This document shows, in pieces, positions 50,006 through 60,041 of a stretch of 64,000 bases of DNA. Position 1 is the first letter of the stretch; each line of letters starts with the position of its first letter. The translations under genes and the position numbers were made by a program. Source of the DNA: Hyphomonadaceae bacterium (lineage in GTDB: Bacteria > Pseudomonadota > Alphaproteobacteria > Caulobacterales > Aquidulcibacteraceae); contig JAWKUX010000014.1 in the NCBI GenBank assembly GCA_041398325.1, positions 20,596 to 84,595 on the forward strand. Reading direction: 5' to 3'. A model generated the notes under the pieces. The model was not told where the DNA came from and did no database searches. It worked only from the letters and a program-made list of their open reading frames with translations.

Positions 50006-52094
50006 AGATGCGCTTCGCCAGTTCCTTGTTGACGCCCTCGACGCCTTCCAACTCCGCCAGCGCCGCGCGCGAAACGCCGCGCGCCGAGCCAAAGCGATCA
50101 AGCAGAGCGCGTTTGCGTGCGGGGCCAATGCCGCCGATTTCATCGAGCGGATTCTTGGCGATGCCGGCGCTGCGCTTGCCGCGATGGGCGCCGATGGCGA
50201 AGCGGTGCGCTTCGTCCCGGAGCCGCTGCAGGTAGTAGAGAACCGGGCTCTTTTCGTCGAGCCGAAACGCCGGCTTGCCTGGAATGAAGAAACGCTCACG
50301 GCCTGCGTCGCGGTCCACGCCCTTGGCGATGCCGGCGATGGTGATGCGGTTCTTGAGGCCAAGTTCGTCCAGCGCTTCGAGCGCGGCGTTGAGCTGGCCA
50401 TCGCCGCCGTCGATCAGGACGAGGTCCGGCCAGGCGCCGAATTTTGTTTCGGACGCGTCGCTGTCGCGTTCCTTGGAGAAGTCGACGCCGCCGTCGCTGA
50501 CACGTCCGCCATTGTCCCTCTCCCCTTGTGGGAGAGGGTGGCCGACGAAGTCGGTCGGGTGAGGGGTGCTTGCGCTGCCGTCACCCCTCATCCGATCCTC
50601 GCTGTCGCGAGGATCACCTTCTCCCACAAGGGGAGAAGGACGATCGTCTTCTTCGCGCTCTTGCATCATCCGCGCGAAGCGGCGGCGGATCATCGCTTTC
50701 ATCATGGCGAAGTCGTCGCCGTCGAACTCTTCCGCCTTCATGTTGAACTTGCGGTACTGGTTCTTGGTGAAGCCTTCCGGCCCGGCGACGATCATCGCGC
50801 CAAGCGCGTTTGTGCCTTGGATGTGGCTGTTGTCGTAAACCTCGATCCGTTCGGGCCGCTGCGAAAGGCCGAACACTTCCGCCACGCCATCCAGCAGCTT
50901 GGCGACGCTGCCAGTTTCGGCCATGCGCCGTCCGAGTGCTTCGCGCGCATTGAGTAGGGCGGCGTCAACGATTTCGCGTTTCTCACCGCGCTCCGGCTTG
51001 CGGATCTCGACTTTGCATTCCGCGCGCACGCAGAGTGCTTCCTCGAGCAAGTCTTGATCGGTCGGTTCTATGTTGCTCAGGATGAGCTTGGGCGGCTCTC
51101 GGTCGTCATAGAACTGAGCGACAAACGCCCCGAGAATGTCTTCCGCTGACTCCTCGCCGCCGTGGCGCGGGAAGTAAGCGCGGTTGCCCCAGTTCTGGCC
51201 GGCGCGAAAGAAGAAGACCTGAATGCAGGATTGCCCGCCTTCTACATGAAGCGCGAACACGTCGGCTTCGTCGAACGTGTGCGGATTGATGCCCTGCGAT
51301 GCGCGTACGCTGGCTAACGCGCGGATGCGGTTGCGCAAGCGCGCGGCGTGCTCGAACTCCAGCCTGTCGGAGGCTTCGCGCATTTCGACCGCAAGCCGAT
51401 CCTGTAGCTCAACCGAGCGACCTTCGAGAAAGTCGACGCTATCCTTTACCAGCGCTGCATATTCGGCCTCATTCACCAAGCCGGTGCATGGCGCGGCGCA
51501 GCGTTTGATCTGATAGAGCATGCAGGGCCGTGTGCGGCCGCCAAACGTGGAATCAGAACACGAGCGCAACAGAAAAGCCTTTTGCAGCGTGTTGAGCGTG
51601 CGGTTCACGGCGCCTGCGCTCGCGAAGGGTCCGTAGAACTTGCCCTTAAAGCTCTTAGCGCCGCGATGCTTTTGCAGAACCGGGATTATGTGATCCGTGC
51701 GGATGGCGATGAACGGGAAACTCTTATCGTCCCGCATCAGCACATTGTAGCGCGGCCTGAGCCGCTTGATCATGTTCGTCTCAAGCAACAGAGCTTCCGT
51801 CTCTGTCGCCGTGACGATGATCTCCATCGACACCGTCTGGTGGATCATCCGGTAGATCGCGTTGGTGTGGCCGCGTCCTTGCGCGTACTGGCCGACGCGG
51901 TTCTTCAGGCTCTTGGCCTTGCCCACATAGAGCACCTCGCTGTCGGCCCCGATCATCCGATAAACGCCCGGCTTCATCGGCAGGCGCTTCCACGTATCGC
52001 GGATCGCCTCGATGCCCTTCAGAGCAGGCGTCGGCGCATCTTCCGTGGGCAAGTGCTCCAGCGGAGGCGTGATGGGTTTGTCGGCGCCGCTCAT
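49977..52094 (-). CDS. uvrC: Excinuclease ABC subunit C
   Basis: GIY-YIG N-terminus ([25 protein letters not shown]), UvrBC-interaction region, RNase H-like and (HhH)2 C-terminus. Confidence 0.9.
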   Translation of the reverse strand: MSGADKPITPPLEHLPTEDAPTPALKGIEAIRDTWKRLPMKPGVYRMIGADSEVLYVGKAKSLKNRVGQYAQGRGHTNAIYRMIHQTVSMEIIVTATETEALLLETNMIKRLRPRYNVLMRDDKSFPFIAIRTDHIIPVLQKHRGAKSFKGKFYGPFASAGAVNRTLNTLQKAFLLRSCSDSTFGGRTRPCMLYQIKRCAAPCTGLVNEAEYAALVKDSVDFLEGRSVELQDRLAVEMREASDRLEFEHAARLRNRIRALASVRASQGINPHTFDEADVFALHVEGGQSCIQVFFFRAGQNWGNRAYFPRHGGEESAEDILGAFVAQFYDDREPPKLILSNIEPTDQDLLEEALCVRAECKVEIRKPERGEKREIVDAALLNAREALGRRMAETGSVAKLLDGVAEVFGLSQRPERIEVYDNSHIQGTNALGAMIVAGPEGFTKNQYRKFNMKAEEFDGDDFAMMKAMIRRRFARMMQEREEDDRPSPLVGEGDPRDSEDRMRGDGSASTPHPTDFVGHPLPQGERDNGGRVSDGGVDFSKERDSDASETKFGAWPDLVLIDGGDGQLNAALEALDELGLKNRITIAGIAKGVDRDAGRERFFIPGKPAFRLDEKSPVLYYLQRLRDEAHRFAIGAHRGKRSAGIAKNPLDEIGGIGPARKRALLDRFGSARGVSRAALAELEGVEGVNKELAKRIYDFFHDNKR
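50515..50640. repeat. 126-bp complex palindromic (MITE/RPE-like) element inserted in-frame in uvrC
   Basis: 26-bp terminal inverted repeats (tccctctccccttgtgggagagggtg / caccttctcccacaaggggagaagga) with nested internal hairpins. Length is 42 codons. Confidence 0.55.
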
Positions 52095-52233
52095 CGAGTC
52101 GTCAGTGTATCGTCACAAATGGGGTTGGGCGCGGGCCTATCCCAGGGAGGAGACCCAAACCCTCTTGGGAACCCGCGGTCCTGCGGCCCTCCGCCCCCTG
52201 GACGGGGGAAGCGGCTCCCGCCACGGTATCCAC

Positions 52234-52584
52234 ATGAAAAATCTCAACCGCGTCGAGGCGCCCCAGGCGGACACCCGCTTTGAAGCGCCCGATCCTGACG
52301 ACTGCAAGACGATGCTCGATGTCCGCGCTGGCGTCGATGAAATCGACCGCATGCTTGTTGCGCTCATCACCCGCCGCCAGGGCTATATGCACGCTGCGGC
52401 CCGAATTAAGCCCAGCCGCGATGTGGTGCGCGACGAAGCCCGCATCAATCAGGTGCTTTCCAATGTGAAGGCCGAGGCGGAGCGCACGGGCCTTTCCTGG
52501 GCCATCGCCGAGCCGGTTTGGCGCGAAATGATGGAACGCTGCATCGCCCACGAATTTGATGTCTGGGACGCCACGCGGGTCTGA
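52234..52584 (+). CDS. Chorismate mutase (AroQ class)
   Basis: IDEIDRMLVALITRRQGYMHAAARIK and RDEARINQVL chorismate mutase type II signature. Confidence 0.75.
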   Translation: MKNLNRVEAPQADTRFEAPDPDDCKTMLDVRAGVDEIDRMLVALITRRQGYMHAAARIKPSRDVVRDEARINQVLSNVKAEAERTGLSWAIAEPVWREMMERCIAHEFDVWDATRV

Positions 52585-52800
52585 GCATCTGCAGCAGCGG
52601 GCTGACGGCTAGTCTGTCTCTGTGTTAACCCAATCTTGGCTGGGAGGGCGTCGTCCGGGTTGGGTGATGACGCAAAAAAATTATCCGCGCGTTCGCGCCA
52701 GGCGCGAGGCAGCGACCTGTCTTGCAAGCATGCATGGCGCGTCGTGGCGAGGATTACGCGTCAATGCTAAGTGCCTGATCTTACGCGCGGGGACTGGCGT

Positions 52801-53826
52801 ATGAGATGGTTTCTTGGGTTGCTGTTGGTGATTGCGCTCGTCCTGGGCGCACTTTTCGCCGTCGGCACGTTTCTACTGCCCAACTCGCTTGAGGTGACTC
52901 GCACGGTGACCGTGGAGCGGCCGCGCGCGGCGGTATTCGCCATGGTGAACGATCTGCGCATCGGCAAGGAATGGTCGCCGTACTACGCCCGCGACCCGGA
53001 TGCAGACTACACGTTCAGCGGCGACTCTGGCGCTGGCCAGACGATGCGCTGGGTCTCGGACGTGCGCGAAGTCGGCTCGGGCCGCATGTCGATCGTGGAT
53101 TCTGTCCACAACGAGGAAGTTCAAAGCATCCTCGAAATGGGGGAGCGCGCGACGCTGAACGCAGACATGATCCTGCGCCGCGTCGAAGGCGGCACGGCCG
53201 TGAACTGGACCGTCACCGCCGAATGCGCCGCAGGCTGGATCAACGTACCGTGCCGCTACATGAACCTCATCCTGCGCGGCGTGGTGCAAAAGGAGCTCGA
53301 TAGCGGCCTGGCGCGCCTGAAGACGCTGGCGGAGCAACTTCCAAACGTCGACTTCGAAGATCTCAATCCGCAATTCGACGAAGTCGCGCCGCAGCCATTC
53401 GTCTATTCCGTCGTCGAGACCGCGCCGAACAACGCGACAGAGATCGAGCGCGCCGAAGCGCTTGGTCTCGATCAAGTCCGCCGCTTCATGGGTGAATATC
53501 AACTGACGCAAGCTGGCCCGTTGACGCGCGTCGTCACAGAACAGAGCGGCGAGCGCATGACCTATCGCGTTGGCTATCCCTACTCGGGTGCGCGACCGCT
53601 GACGGTGGTCGGCGTGCAAGTGGGCGAGACCCCGTCGGGGCAGGTCATGCATGTGCTCGTGCAGGGCGACCGCAACAATGTCGGCGCCGCCTACGCCCAG
53701 ATGGAGGCCTACTTGCAGGCGCACCGGATCGCTAAGCGCGAGGGCGTCTTCCCGTGGCACCGCGTGCACAATGCCGGGACGGACGGGTCGCCGGCGCAGA
53801 TAGAGATCTTCATGCCGCTTCAGTGA
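52801..53826 (+). CDS. Membrane-anchored SRPBCC (polyketide cyclase-like) / GyrI-like small-molecule-binding fusion protein
   Basis: N-terminal TM helix (WFLGLLLVIALVLGALFAV). Domain calls by sequence memory. Confidence 0.5.
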   Translation: MRWFLGLLLVIALVLGALFAVGTFLLPNSLEVTRTVTVERPRAAVFAMVNDLRIGKEWSPYYARDPDADYTFSGDSGAGQTMRWVSDVREVGSGRMSIVDSVHNEEVQSILEMGERATLNADMILRRVEGGTAVNWTVTAECAAGWINVPCRYMNLILRGVVQKELDSGLARLKTLAEQLPNVDFEDLNPQFDEVAPQPFVYSVVETAPNNATEIERAEALGLDQVRRFMGEYQLTQAGPLTRVVTEQSGERMTYRVGYPYSGARPLTVVGVQVGETPSGQVMHVLVQGDRNNVGAAYAQMEAYLQAHRIAKREGVFPWHRVHNAGTDGSPAQIEIFMPLQ

Positions 53827-53849
53827 GCGGGGGTGAGGGACAAACAAAA

Positions 53850-53885
53850 GGCCCGCGGGAGCGATCCCGCGGGCCTTGGTCTTTC
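53850..53885. terminator. Bidirectional hairpin terminator between convergent genes
   Basis: ggcccgcggg-agcgat-cccgcgggcc followed by ttggtctttc. Confidence 0.55.
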
Positions 53886-53899
53886 AGCTACGTCGAAGA

Positions 53900-54604
53900 C
53901 TAGTCGAGAACCTTCAGGTTCACGGCCTTCGGGCCTTTGCCCTTGGTGTCAGGCAGGGTCTGGAAGTTGACCTTTTGGCCTTCAACGAGCTGCGTGAGAC
54001 CGGCGCGCTCCACGGCACTGACGTGGACAAACACGTCCGCACCGCCGCCGTCTGGCGTGATGAAGCCGAAGCCACGCGCGCCGTTGAAGAACTTCACGAC
54101 GCCATCCTGCGGATCGCCGAGCGGTGCGCGCGGGGGACGATCGCCACCGCCGAAACCACCGCCGCCGCCACGGTCGCCGCCACGGAAGCCGCCGCCACCG
54201 CCGCCGCCACGGAATCCACCGCCGCCGCCGCCGTAGCCGCCACCGCCGCCGCCACGATAGCCACCACCACCGCCGCCGCCACGATCGCCGCCGCCGAAGC
54301 CGCCGCCGCCGCCGCGATATCCGCCGCCGCCGTAGCCGCCTCCGCCGCCGCGGTCGCCACCGCCGCCGCCCCGATAGCCGCCGCCACCGCCGCCGCCGCG
54401 GTAGCCACCGCCACCACCGCCGCCGCCGTAGCCACCGCCACCACCGCCGCCGAACCGGTCACCACCGCCGCCGCCGAAGCCACCACCGCCTACGTCACCG
54501 CCGCCAAATTCCTGATGATCACGTTCGCGGCCACGGCCACCGCGCTTTTCTTTCTTGCGGTCGTTGTTGTCGTCGTCACCACCGAAATCGTCGTCGAAAC
54601 TCAT
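53900..54604 (-). CDS. Cold-shock domain protein with long N-terminal Gly/Arg/Tyr-rich (RGG/YGG) low-complexity domain
   Basis: C-terminal [34 protein letters not shown]...GQKVNFQ. N-terminal ~160 aa of [11 protein letters not shown] repeats. Confidence 0.75.
   Translation of the reverse strand: MSFDDDFGGDDDNNDRKKEKRGGRGRERDHQEFGGGDVGGGGFGGGGGDRFGGGGGGGYGGGGGGGGYRGGGGGGGYRGGGGGDRGGGGGYGGGGYRGGGGGFGGGDRGGGGGGGYRGGGGGGYGGGGGGFRGGGGGGGFRGGDRGGGGGFGGGDRPPRAPLGDPQDGVVKFFNGARGFGFITPDGGGADVFVHVSAVERAGLTQLVEGQKVNFQTLPDTKGKGPKAVNLKVLD
54130..54500. repeat. Tandem GGC/GCC-type triplet repeat tract encoding the poly-Gly/RGG domain
   Basis: Seen directly as gccgccgcc... runs. Confidence 0.7.
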
Positions 54605-54814
54605 TCCACTTGTCCTGATAATAGGCCGAGGCGAACGCCATCGGCCGTGCGCACGCTTCCACGCACGCACGTCACCGCGAATTTCTGCTTTGTTGGAGAG
54701 TAAATCTTCAGCCGCACTCTGCGGAACTTCGCACCACCGCCGGTCAACACGATCGGCTCTTCACACCGCGCTTATGCGCGAGGGGATTCCCCCACGCAAG
54801 CGGCAAGTCCTAGT

Positions 54815-55441
54815 TTACGCGGGATTCATGTCGTTTTGTGGGGCGTTTCGGCGTTCTTGTGACGCCACGATGCGGGAGACGACGTAGGCCCCGATGAGCT
54901 TGGAGGCGATACCCGTCATAATCGTCCCCCAGGCGAAAATGCCGCCTTGGCCGGGGATCTGCGACGCCAGCCAAATGAACACCATTTGGTCGAGCGGCGC
55001 TGAGGCGACGCTGGAAAGCATGATGCGTTGCGAGAGCGGGCGCTTGGAGAAGGTGTAGACGGCCCAGTCTACCGTCTCGCTGATGAGGAACGCCGCTGCG
55101 CTTGCGAACACGACGACGATCCACGACGTCAGCATCGAGAGCACGAGGCCGGTCAGCATAGCGCCCCAAACCCAGTGCTTCATCTCGCGCTGTGCAAAGT
55201 CGCGCACGACGAGCACGAGACCCGTGACAATGGCGAGCGGTTGGAAAGCGCCGCCGCCGAAGGCCTCTGGAATTGGCGCAGTCGGCACCATACCGAACGA
55301 CCAATTGATGAACGGCATCAGCCCGACATAGAGCGCCGCCCAGCGATATCCGGCAAAGAAGAAAGCCGCCATCACCGCCAGGACGACCGGCAGCGCCACC
55401 CACCATTGCTGTGCAAACGCGAACGCGTCTTCGAACGTCAT
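54815..55441 (-). CDS. VUT family transporter (YhhQ-like queuosine precursor transporter)
   Basis: Multi-TM protein matching DUF165/YhhQ by sequence memory. ATG verified at 55439-55441. Confidence 0.7.
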   Translation of the reverse strand: MTFEDAFAFAQQWWVALPVVLAVMAAFFFAGYRWAALYVGLMPFINWSFGMVPTAPIPEAFGGGAFQPLAIVTGLVLVVRDFAQREMKHWVWGAMLTGLVLSMLTSWIVVVFASAAAFLISETVDWAVYTFSKRPLSQRIMLSSVASAPLDQMVFIWLASQIPGQGGIFAWGTIMTGIASKLIGAYVVSRIVASQERRNAPQNDMNPA

Positions 55442-55576
55442 GCCTTGTTCATGCCCTCGTGCGCGCGGATTCGTCCAGCGGCGTGACGGAAGTAACAGCC
55501 TCTCTGCCCCTCCGCTCATACCTTGGGATCATCGCGAAGGCGCGATTGACAACGGTTCGAAGAGGGGAGCACCAAA

Positions 55577-55669
55577 TGGCCAAGTTTTATTGCCTGATCG
55601 CAGCGGCGGCCGTGTTTCTCCCCATTGCAATGGCGACAATGAACCAAGCCGCGATGATCGTCGCTTAGA
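55577..55669 (+). CDS. Small hydrophobic protein (30 aa)
   Basis: MAKFYCLIAAAAVFLPIAMATMNQAAMIVA with a strong GAGGGGAG RBS. Confidence 0.3.
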
Positions 55670-55719
55670 TGCGCGACGCTCGTGGCAAGGGGGAAGGGCG
55701 CGGAGCGATCCGCGCCCTT

Positions 55720-56547
55720 TTAATTCAGGCTCAAGCGCCAGCCGCTTTGGCCTTTTGTCAGCGCTTCGCTCAAGAATGGCAGCGCCTCTTTCAAGGCGTC
55801 GCTCAAACCGTACGGCGGATTGATCAAGAGCACGCTTGAGCCAACCAGCTTTCCTTCCCGCTGCGGCGTCGCCACCCAAAGGTCCGCCCGCAGCGTCTCG
55901 CGATCAGCAAAGCCGCGCACTTCACGATCGGCGTCATCAAGCACCGCGCCGCTCTTCAGTGGCCGCCACCAGAGATAGACGCCATGCGCAAAGCGCTTCA
56001 TCGAAGCGCGCAAGGCCTCCACCGAAACATCCATCTCATCTGTTGTCTCATAGGGCGGATCGATCAGCACTAGCCCGCGTTTCTGCGCAGGCGGCAGCAG
56101 TGCGCCCAGCGCTTCCCAACCATCGCGCTCGTGCACCTGCACGTTGGCTTTGCGGGGCAACGCGCGGCGCAATGATCCAGCGTCTTCCGGATGCAGCTCG
56201 CACGCCATCAGCACATCCTGATCGCGCAAGTTCGTCGTCACCAAAGCCGGTGATCCTGGATACGTCCGCAGTGCGCCATCCGCGTTGATGCCGCGCACCG
56301 CCTCCAGGTAGCGTGCGACCAGCGGCGGCGGATCGGGCCAAGCCCAGAGCCGCTCGATACCGTCGCGCCATTCCGGACTGCGTTCAGCTTCCGAGCCGGC
56401 AAGATCATAAAGCCCGCGCCCCGCATGCGTATCCAGCACCGCGAACCCCGTCTCTTTGCGTTTGAGCGCGTCTAGGCAGTAAAGCAGGACAGCGTGCTTC
56501 AGGACATCGGCATGATTGCCGGCGTGGAAGGCGTGACGATAGTTCAC
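55720..56547 (-). CDS. rlmJ: 23S rRNA (adenine2030-N6)-methyltransferase RlmJ
   Basis: MNYRHAFHAGNHADVLKH start and DPPYE motif. Confidence 0.85.
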   Translation of the reverse strand: MNYRHAFHAGNHADVLKHAVLLYCLDALKRKETGFAVLDTHAGRGLYDLAGSEAERSPEWRDGIERLWAWPDPPPLVARYLEAVRGINADGALRTYPGSPALVTTNLRDQDVLMACELHPEDAGSLRRALPRKANVQVHERDGWEALGALLPPAQKRGLVLIDPPYETTDEMDVSVEALRASMKRFAHGVYLWWRPLKSGAVLDDADREVRGFADRETLRADLWVATPQREGKLVGSSVLLINPPYGLSDALKEALPFLSEALTKGQSGWRLSLN

Positions 56548-56574
56548 GTGAGCGGCTTAGCGGGAGACGGTGAA

Positions 56575-56967
56575 ATGGCAAAGGTTCTCGGCATCGGCGG
56601 CGTGTTCTTCAAGACCAAAGACGCTGCCGCACTGAAGGCGTGGTACCACCGCGTGCTCGGCCTCGAAATACCGGATTGGGGCTGCTTCTTCACACCCGAC
56701 ATGGTCAAAGACAAGCCAGGCTCTGGGACAGCCTTCAGTCCGTTCAAGGCCGACACTGACTACTTCACTCCCTCCGACAAGGAATTCATGTTCAACCTCA
56801 TCGTTGACGACATGGATGGCATGCTCGCCCGCGCACGCGCCGAAGGCGTCGAGCCGGTGAAGACCCAGGATGAAAGTTACGGCCGCTTTGCCCACATCAT
56901 GGATATTGAAGGTCGCAAGATTGAGTTGTGGGAGCCAAAGCCAATGCCGGAGCAGCCGCAAGCATGA
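56575..56967 (+). CDS. VOC family protein
   Basis: 130 aa. GGGAG RBS. Glyoxalase-like fold by sequence memory. Confidence 0.65.
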   Translation: MAKVLGIGGVFFKTKDAAALKAWYHRVLGLEIPDWGCFFTPDMVKDKPGSGTAFSPFKADTDYFTPSDKEFMFNLIVDDMDGMLARARAEGVEPVKTQDESYGRFAHIMDIEGRKIELWEPKPMPEQPQA

Positions 56968-57236
56968 GCGATTTCCGCGATAACGCTGCCGCCCATCGAT
57001 ACGAAATGGATGCGCCAGAGGGGCAGTCCTTCGCCGACTATCGTGATGTCGCCGGCGTTCGGGTGATCTTGCACGTCGAGACACCGGTAGAGGCGCGTGG
57101 ACGCGGCTACGCGGCGAAGCTCATGGCTCACGTGGTCGACGAGGTGCGCGCTTCAAACCGGCGTCTTCGCTCCAGCTGCTCGTATGCAGTCGCTTACTTT
57201 CGCCGCCATCCGGAGGCCTCAGACGTTCACGTCTGA
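56964..57236 (+). CDS. Small GNAT-like acetyltransferase (GNAT_2-type)
   Basis: ATGA overlap with the VOC gene. ~90 aa. Confidence 0.6.
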   Translation: MSDFRDNAAAHRYEMDAPEGQSFADYRDVAGVRVILHVETPVEARGRGYAAKLMAHVVDEVRASNRRLRSSCSYAVAYFRRHPEASDVHV

Positions 57237-58276
57237 GGCGCCGATGCGCCAGTCTCGACTGGGAAGCCTTTCTCGCGCCAGGACTTCATGCCGCCGTCCA
57301 GCGCCAGCACGCGTGTGAAGCCCATGCGTCGCAAAGTGGCGGCCGCAAGCGTCGAGATTTTGCCCACTTCGCAATAGGTCACGATCCGCACCGTAGGGTC
57401 GGGGAAGGCTTCGTTGACGCGCAATTCCAGCTGTCCGCGCGAAAGATGCCGCGCGTTCGGAATGTGGCCCGCCTCGAATTGTTCCTTCTCGCGCACGTCG
57501 AGCACGATCGTGTCGTTCGCGCCGCTCGCAACCCGGTTCTTCACTTCGTCCATCGAGATGAACGGCACTTCCGCCGCCGCCTCACTCAGCAATTGCGCCA
57601 CGCTGGTGCCGCCGCTCATATTGACGCGCAGCGCCTCGTTGAGATGTTCCGGCATCGACGGCGAATGCGCCTGCATCATCGCCACGAACTCTTCGCGCTC
57701 CTTTTTCTGCAGGCGCGGGTTCGAACGTTTCTCCTCCTCGAGTGTCGAGCAGGTGTGGCCCTTGTAATCGTGCGCTGGATAGATGCGCAGGGCAGGATCG
57801 AGTTTCAGCAACTTGTTGAACAAGCTGTCGTAGAGTTGATCTGGATCGCCGGATGGCAAGTCCGTGCGCCCCGTCGCGCCAATCAGCAACGCATCGCCGG
57901 TAAAGACTCGATCGTTCATCACCAAGCTCATCGAATCCTTGGTGTGACCCGGTGTGTGCATCACGGTCAGCCGCAGATTACCGACCTTGATCACGTCGCC
58001 CTCATCAACGCGCATCGTCACGTACGGGGAGGGCGAGAGCTGATGCGCCACCACCGGCGCGCCCAACAGCTGGCCGAGCTGTTTGCTGCCGCTGAAGTGA
58101 TCGGCGTGCGTATGAGTGTCGATCACATAGCGGATGCGCGCGCCGTACTGCGTCGCCAGCGCCTGGTAGCGCGCGATCTGGCGCACCTCGGGGTCGATCA
58201 CCGCCGCCGCACAAGTGTCGCCGCAGGCGATGAAGTATGACTGGCAGCCGCCGGTGGCGACCTGCTCGAAAATCAT
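57227..58276 (-). CDS. MBL-fold persulfide dioxygenase (ETHE1-like) fused to rhodanese domain
   Basis: DTHTHADHFSG metal site and a C-terminal rhodanese (IVTYCEVGKIS). GGGAGGA RBS. Confidence 0.8.
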   Translation of the reverse strand: MIFEQVATGGCQSYFIACGDTCAAAVIDPEVRQIARYQALATQYGARIRYVIDTHTHADHFSGSKQLGQLLGAPVVAHQLSPSPYVTMRVDEGDVIKVGNLRLTVMHTPGHTKDSMSLVMNDRVFTGDALLIGATGRTDLPSGDPDQLYDSLFNKLLKLDPALRIYPAHDYKGHTCSTLEEEKRSNPRLQKKEREEFVAMMQAHSPSMPEHLNEALRVNMSGGTSVAQLLSEAAAEVPFISMDEVKNRVASGANDTIVLDVREKEQFEAGHIPNARHLSRGQLELRVNEAFPDPTVRIVTYCEVGKISTLAAATLRRMGFTRVLALDGGMKSWREKGFPVETGASAPQT

Positions 58277-58346
58277 GCGTTCCTCCCGGGCGTCTGGCAA
58301 AGCACCCTTTGCCTCAGCATGGCGCCCGGGAAGGAAACTGCAACGC

Positions 58347-59021
58347 CTAGCCCTCGCGAGGCGCCTTCGGTTGCGGCACGATCCGAAGATAGGGCTTCAG
58401 CGCCTTCCAGCCGCCTGGAAAGCGGGTCTTGGCTTCGTCGTCCGACACCGCCGGTACGATGATGACGTCCTCGCCGTTCTTCCAGTTCACCGGCGTCGCG
58501 ACCTTGTGGTTCGCGGTGAGTTGGATGGAGTCGACCAGGCGCAGCACCTCATCGAAGTTTCTCCCGGACGACATTGGATATTGCAATGTCGCTTTGATCA
58601 GCTTGTCTGGGCCGATAATGAACACCGTGCGCACGGTGGCGTTCGTCGCCGCCGTGCGTCCCTGGCTCGTCTCGCCGGCATCGCCCGGCAGCATGTCATA
58701 GAGCTTCGCAACATTGAGGTCGCTGTCGCCGATCATCGGATATTGCACGTCGCCGCCAGTCACTTCCTTGATGTCGCCGCGCCAGCGTTCGTGCTCGCCG
58801 ACGGGATCGACCGAAAGTCCTATAATCTTGACGTTGCGTTTTCTAAACTCAGGTTCAAGCTTGGCTAAATACCCAAGCTCTGTCGTGCAGACCGGCGTGA
58901 AATCCTTGGGGTGCGAGAACAGGATCGCGTAGCTATCGCCGATCCACTCGTGAAACTTGATCCGGCCCTGCGTGGTCTCTGCTTCGAAATCGGGTGCTTT
59001 GTCATTGATGCGTAGAGCCAT
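58347..59021 (-). CDS. 1-Cys peroxiredoxin (Prx6-like, AhpC/TSA family)
   Basis: FTPVCTTE peroxidatic cysteine motif. Confidence 0.9.
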   Translation of the reverse strand: MALRINDKAPDFEAETTQGRIKFHEWIGDSYAILFSHPKDFTPVCTTELGYLAKLEPEFRKRNVKIIGLSVDPVGEHERWRGDIKEVTGGDVQYPMIGDSDLNVAKLYDMLPGDAGETSQGRTAATNATVRTVFIIGPDKLIKATLQYPMSSGRNFDEVLRLVDSIQLTANHKVATPVNWKNGEDVIIVPAVSDDEAKTRFPGGWKALKPYLRIVPQPKAPREG

Positions 59022-59159
59022 GGTGAGGCCTCCTCAAACTGAACCGGTCGCGAGCCGGAATAACAGCGAACCGGCATCGAAACGGAGATGGGGCGGCGCA
59101 CAACTTTAGCAAGCGCCGCTTAACGTAAGCTCCGCATCATTTTAGGAGAGCGTCACGCG

Positions 59160-60041
59160 ATGGCGGAGGCGGGCGTGAAGCGTATCCTGAACTGGTTTGG
59201 CGAGAACCCATTGCGGCCGGCGATCGCGTCGATCGTTGCGATCCTGGTTCTGGGTTCGGCGGCCAATATGCTGAGCCCGCCGCAGATGATCCGGAACTGG
59301 TACCCCTACCTGTCGCATACGCCACAAGTGGAGATGACGGATACCGGCTTTACGGTCTCGCCGGTGAGCGATTGGAGCTACGAGTTCAATCGAGAAACAG
59401 ACACGACCTATCTCGACTCCGCTTCCTACGATTTCTATCAGTTGCGCGGCGTTTGGTTCATGCTGGAGCCGCAACCGGGCTCACAACTCGCGGCGCACAC
59501 ATTGCTGTTGTTTGAGTTCGAAGGCGATCGTCTGCTCGGCGTCACCATCGAGGCGCGGCGCGAGGAGGGCGAGGAATACGACGCCATTCGCGGCCAGTTT
59601 AATGCGTTCGAGCTGATCTACATTTGGGCGACTGCGCGCGACCTCCTGGTTCGCCGCGCCACCATGCTCGACCACGAAGTATTCGTTTATCCGGTGAACG
59701 TCAGCGATGAGCAGAACCGCAATTTGCTGCGCAACATTCTCGCCCGCTCGCAATCGCTCTCGCACGCGGCGCGCTACTACAACACCATCGTCTCGAACTG
59801 CACCAATGAGTTGGCCAAGGCGGCAGGCTTCCACTGGGCGCCTGCCTATGTGCTTACCGGCCGTTCCGACGAATATCTCTATCGCCGCGGCATCCTGCCG
59901 GGCGCGACCTTCGAAGAAGCGCACCGCCGCTCAGACATCACCGAGTTCGTGCAAGCGCTGAACCACGCGCCCCGCGAGACATTCGATCGCGCACTGCTTG
60001 CGGAGCTTAGGCGGCGCAACAGCCTCACTTTGACGCCCTGA
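59160..60041 (+). CDS. DUF4105 (Lnb N-terminal-like) domain protein
   Basis: N-terminal TM helix. Family by sequence memory. Confidence 0.55.
   Translation: MAEAGVKRILNWFGENPLRPAIASIVAILVLGSAANMLSPPQMIRNWYPYLSHTPQVEMTDTGFTVSPVSDWSYEFNRETDTTYLDSASYDFYQLRGVWFMLEPQPGSQLAAHTLLLFEFEGDRLLGVTIEARREEGEEYDAIRGQFNAFELIYIWATARDLLVRRATMLDHEVFVYPVNVSDEQNRNLLRNILARSQSLSHAARYYNTIVSNCTNELAKAAGFHWAPAYVLTGRSDEYLYRRGILPGATFEEAHRRSDITEFVQALNHAPRETFDRALLAELRRRNSLTLTP

Noticed and set aside
52095-52233. Possible riboswitch in the leader of the chorismate mutase gene
   Set aside because: GC-rich stems are present, but nothing matches a known riboswitch class recognisable by eye. Left for an Rfam scan.
53876-54703. 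275-aa Ala/Thr-rich plus-strand ORF
   Set aside because: Mirror-strand reading of the GGC triplet tract of the Gly-rich cold-shock gene. It has no start context.
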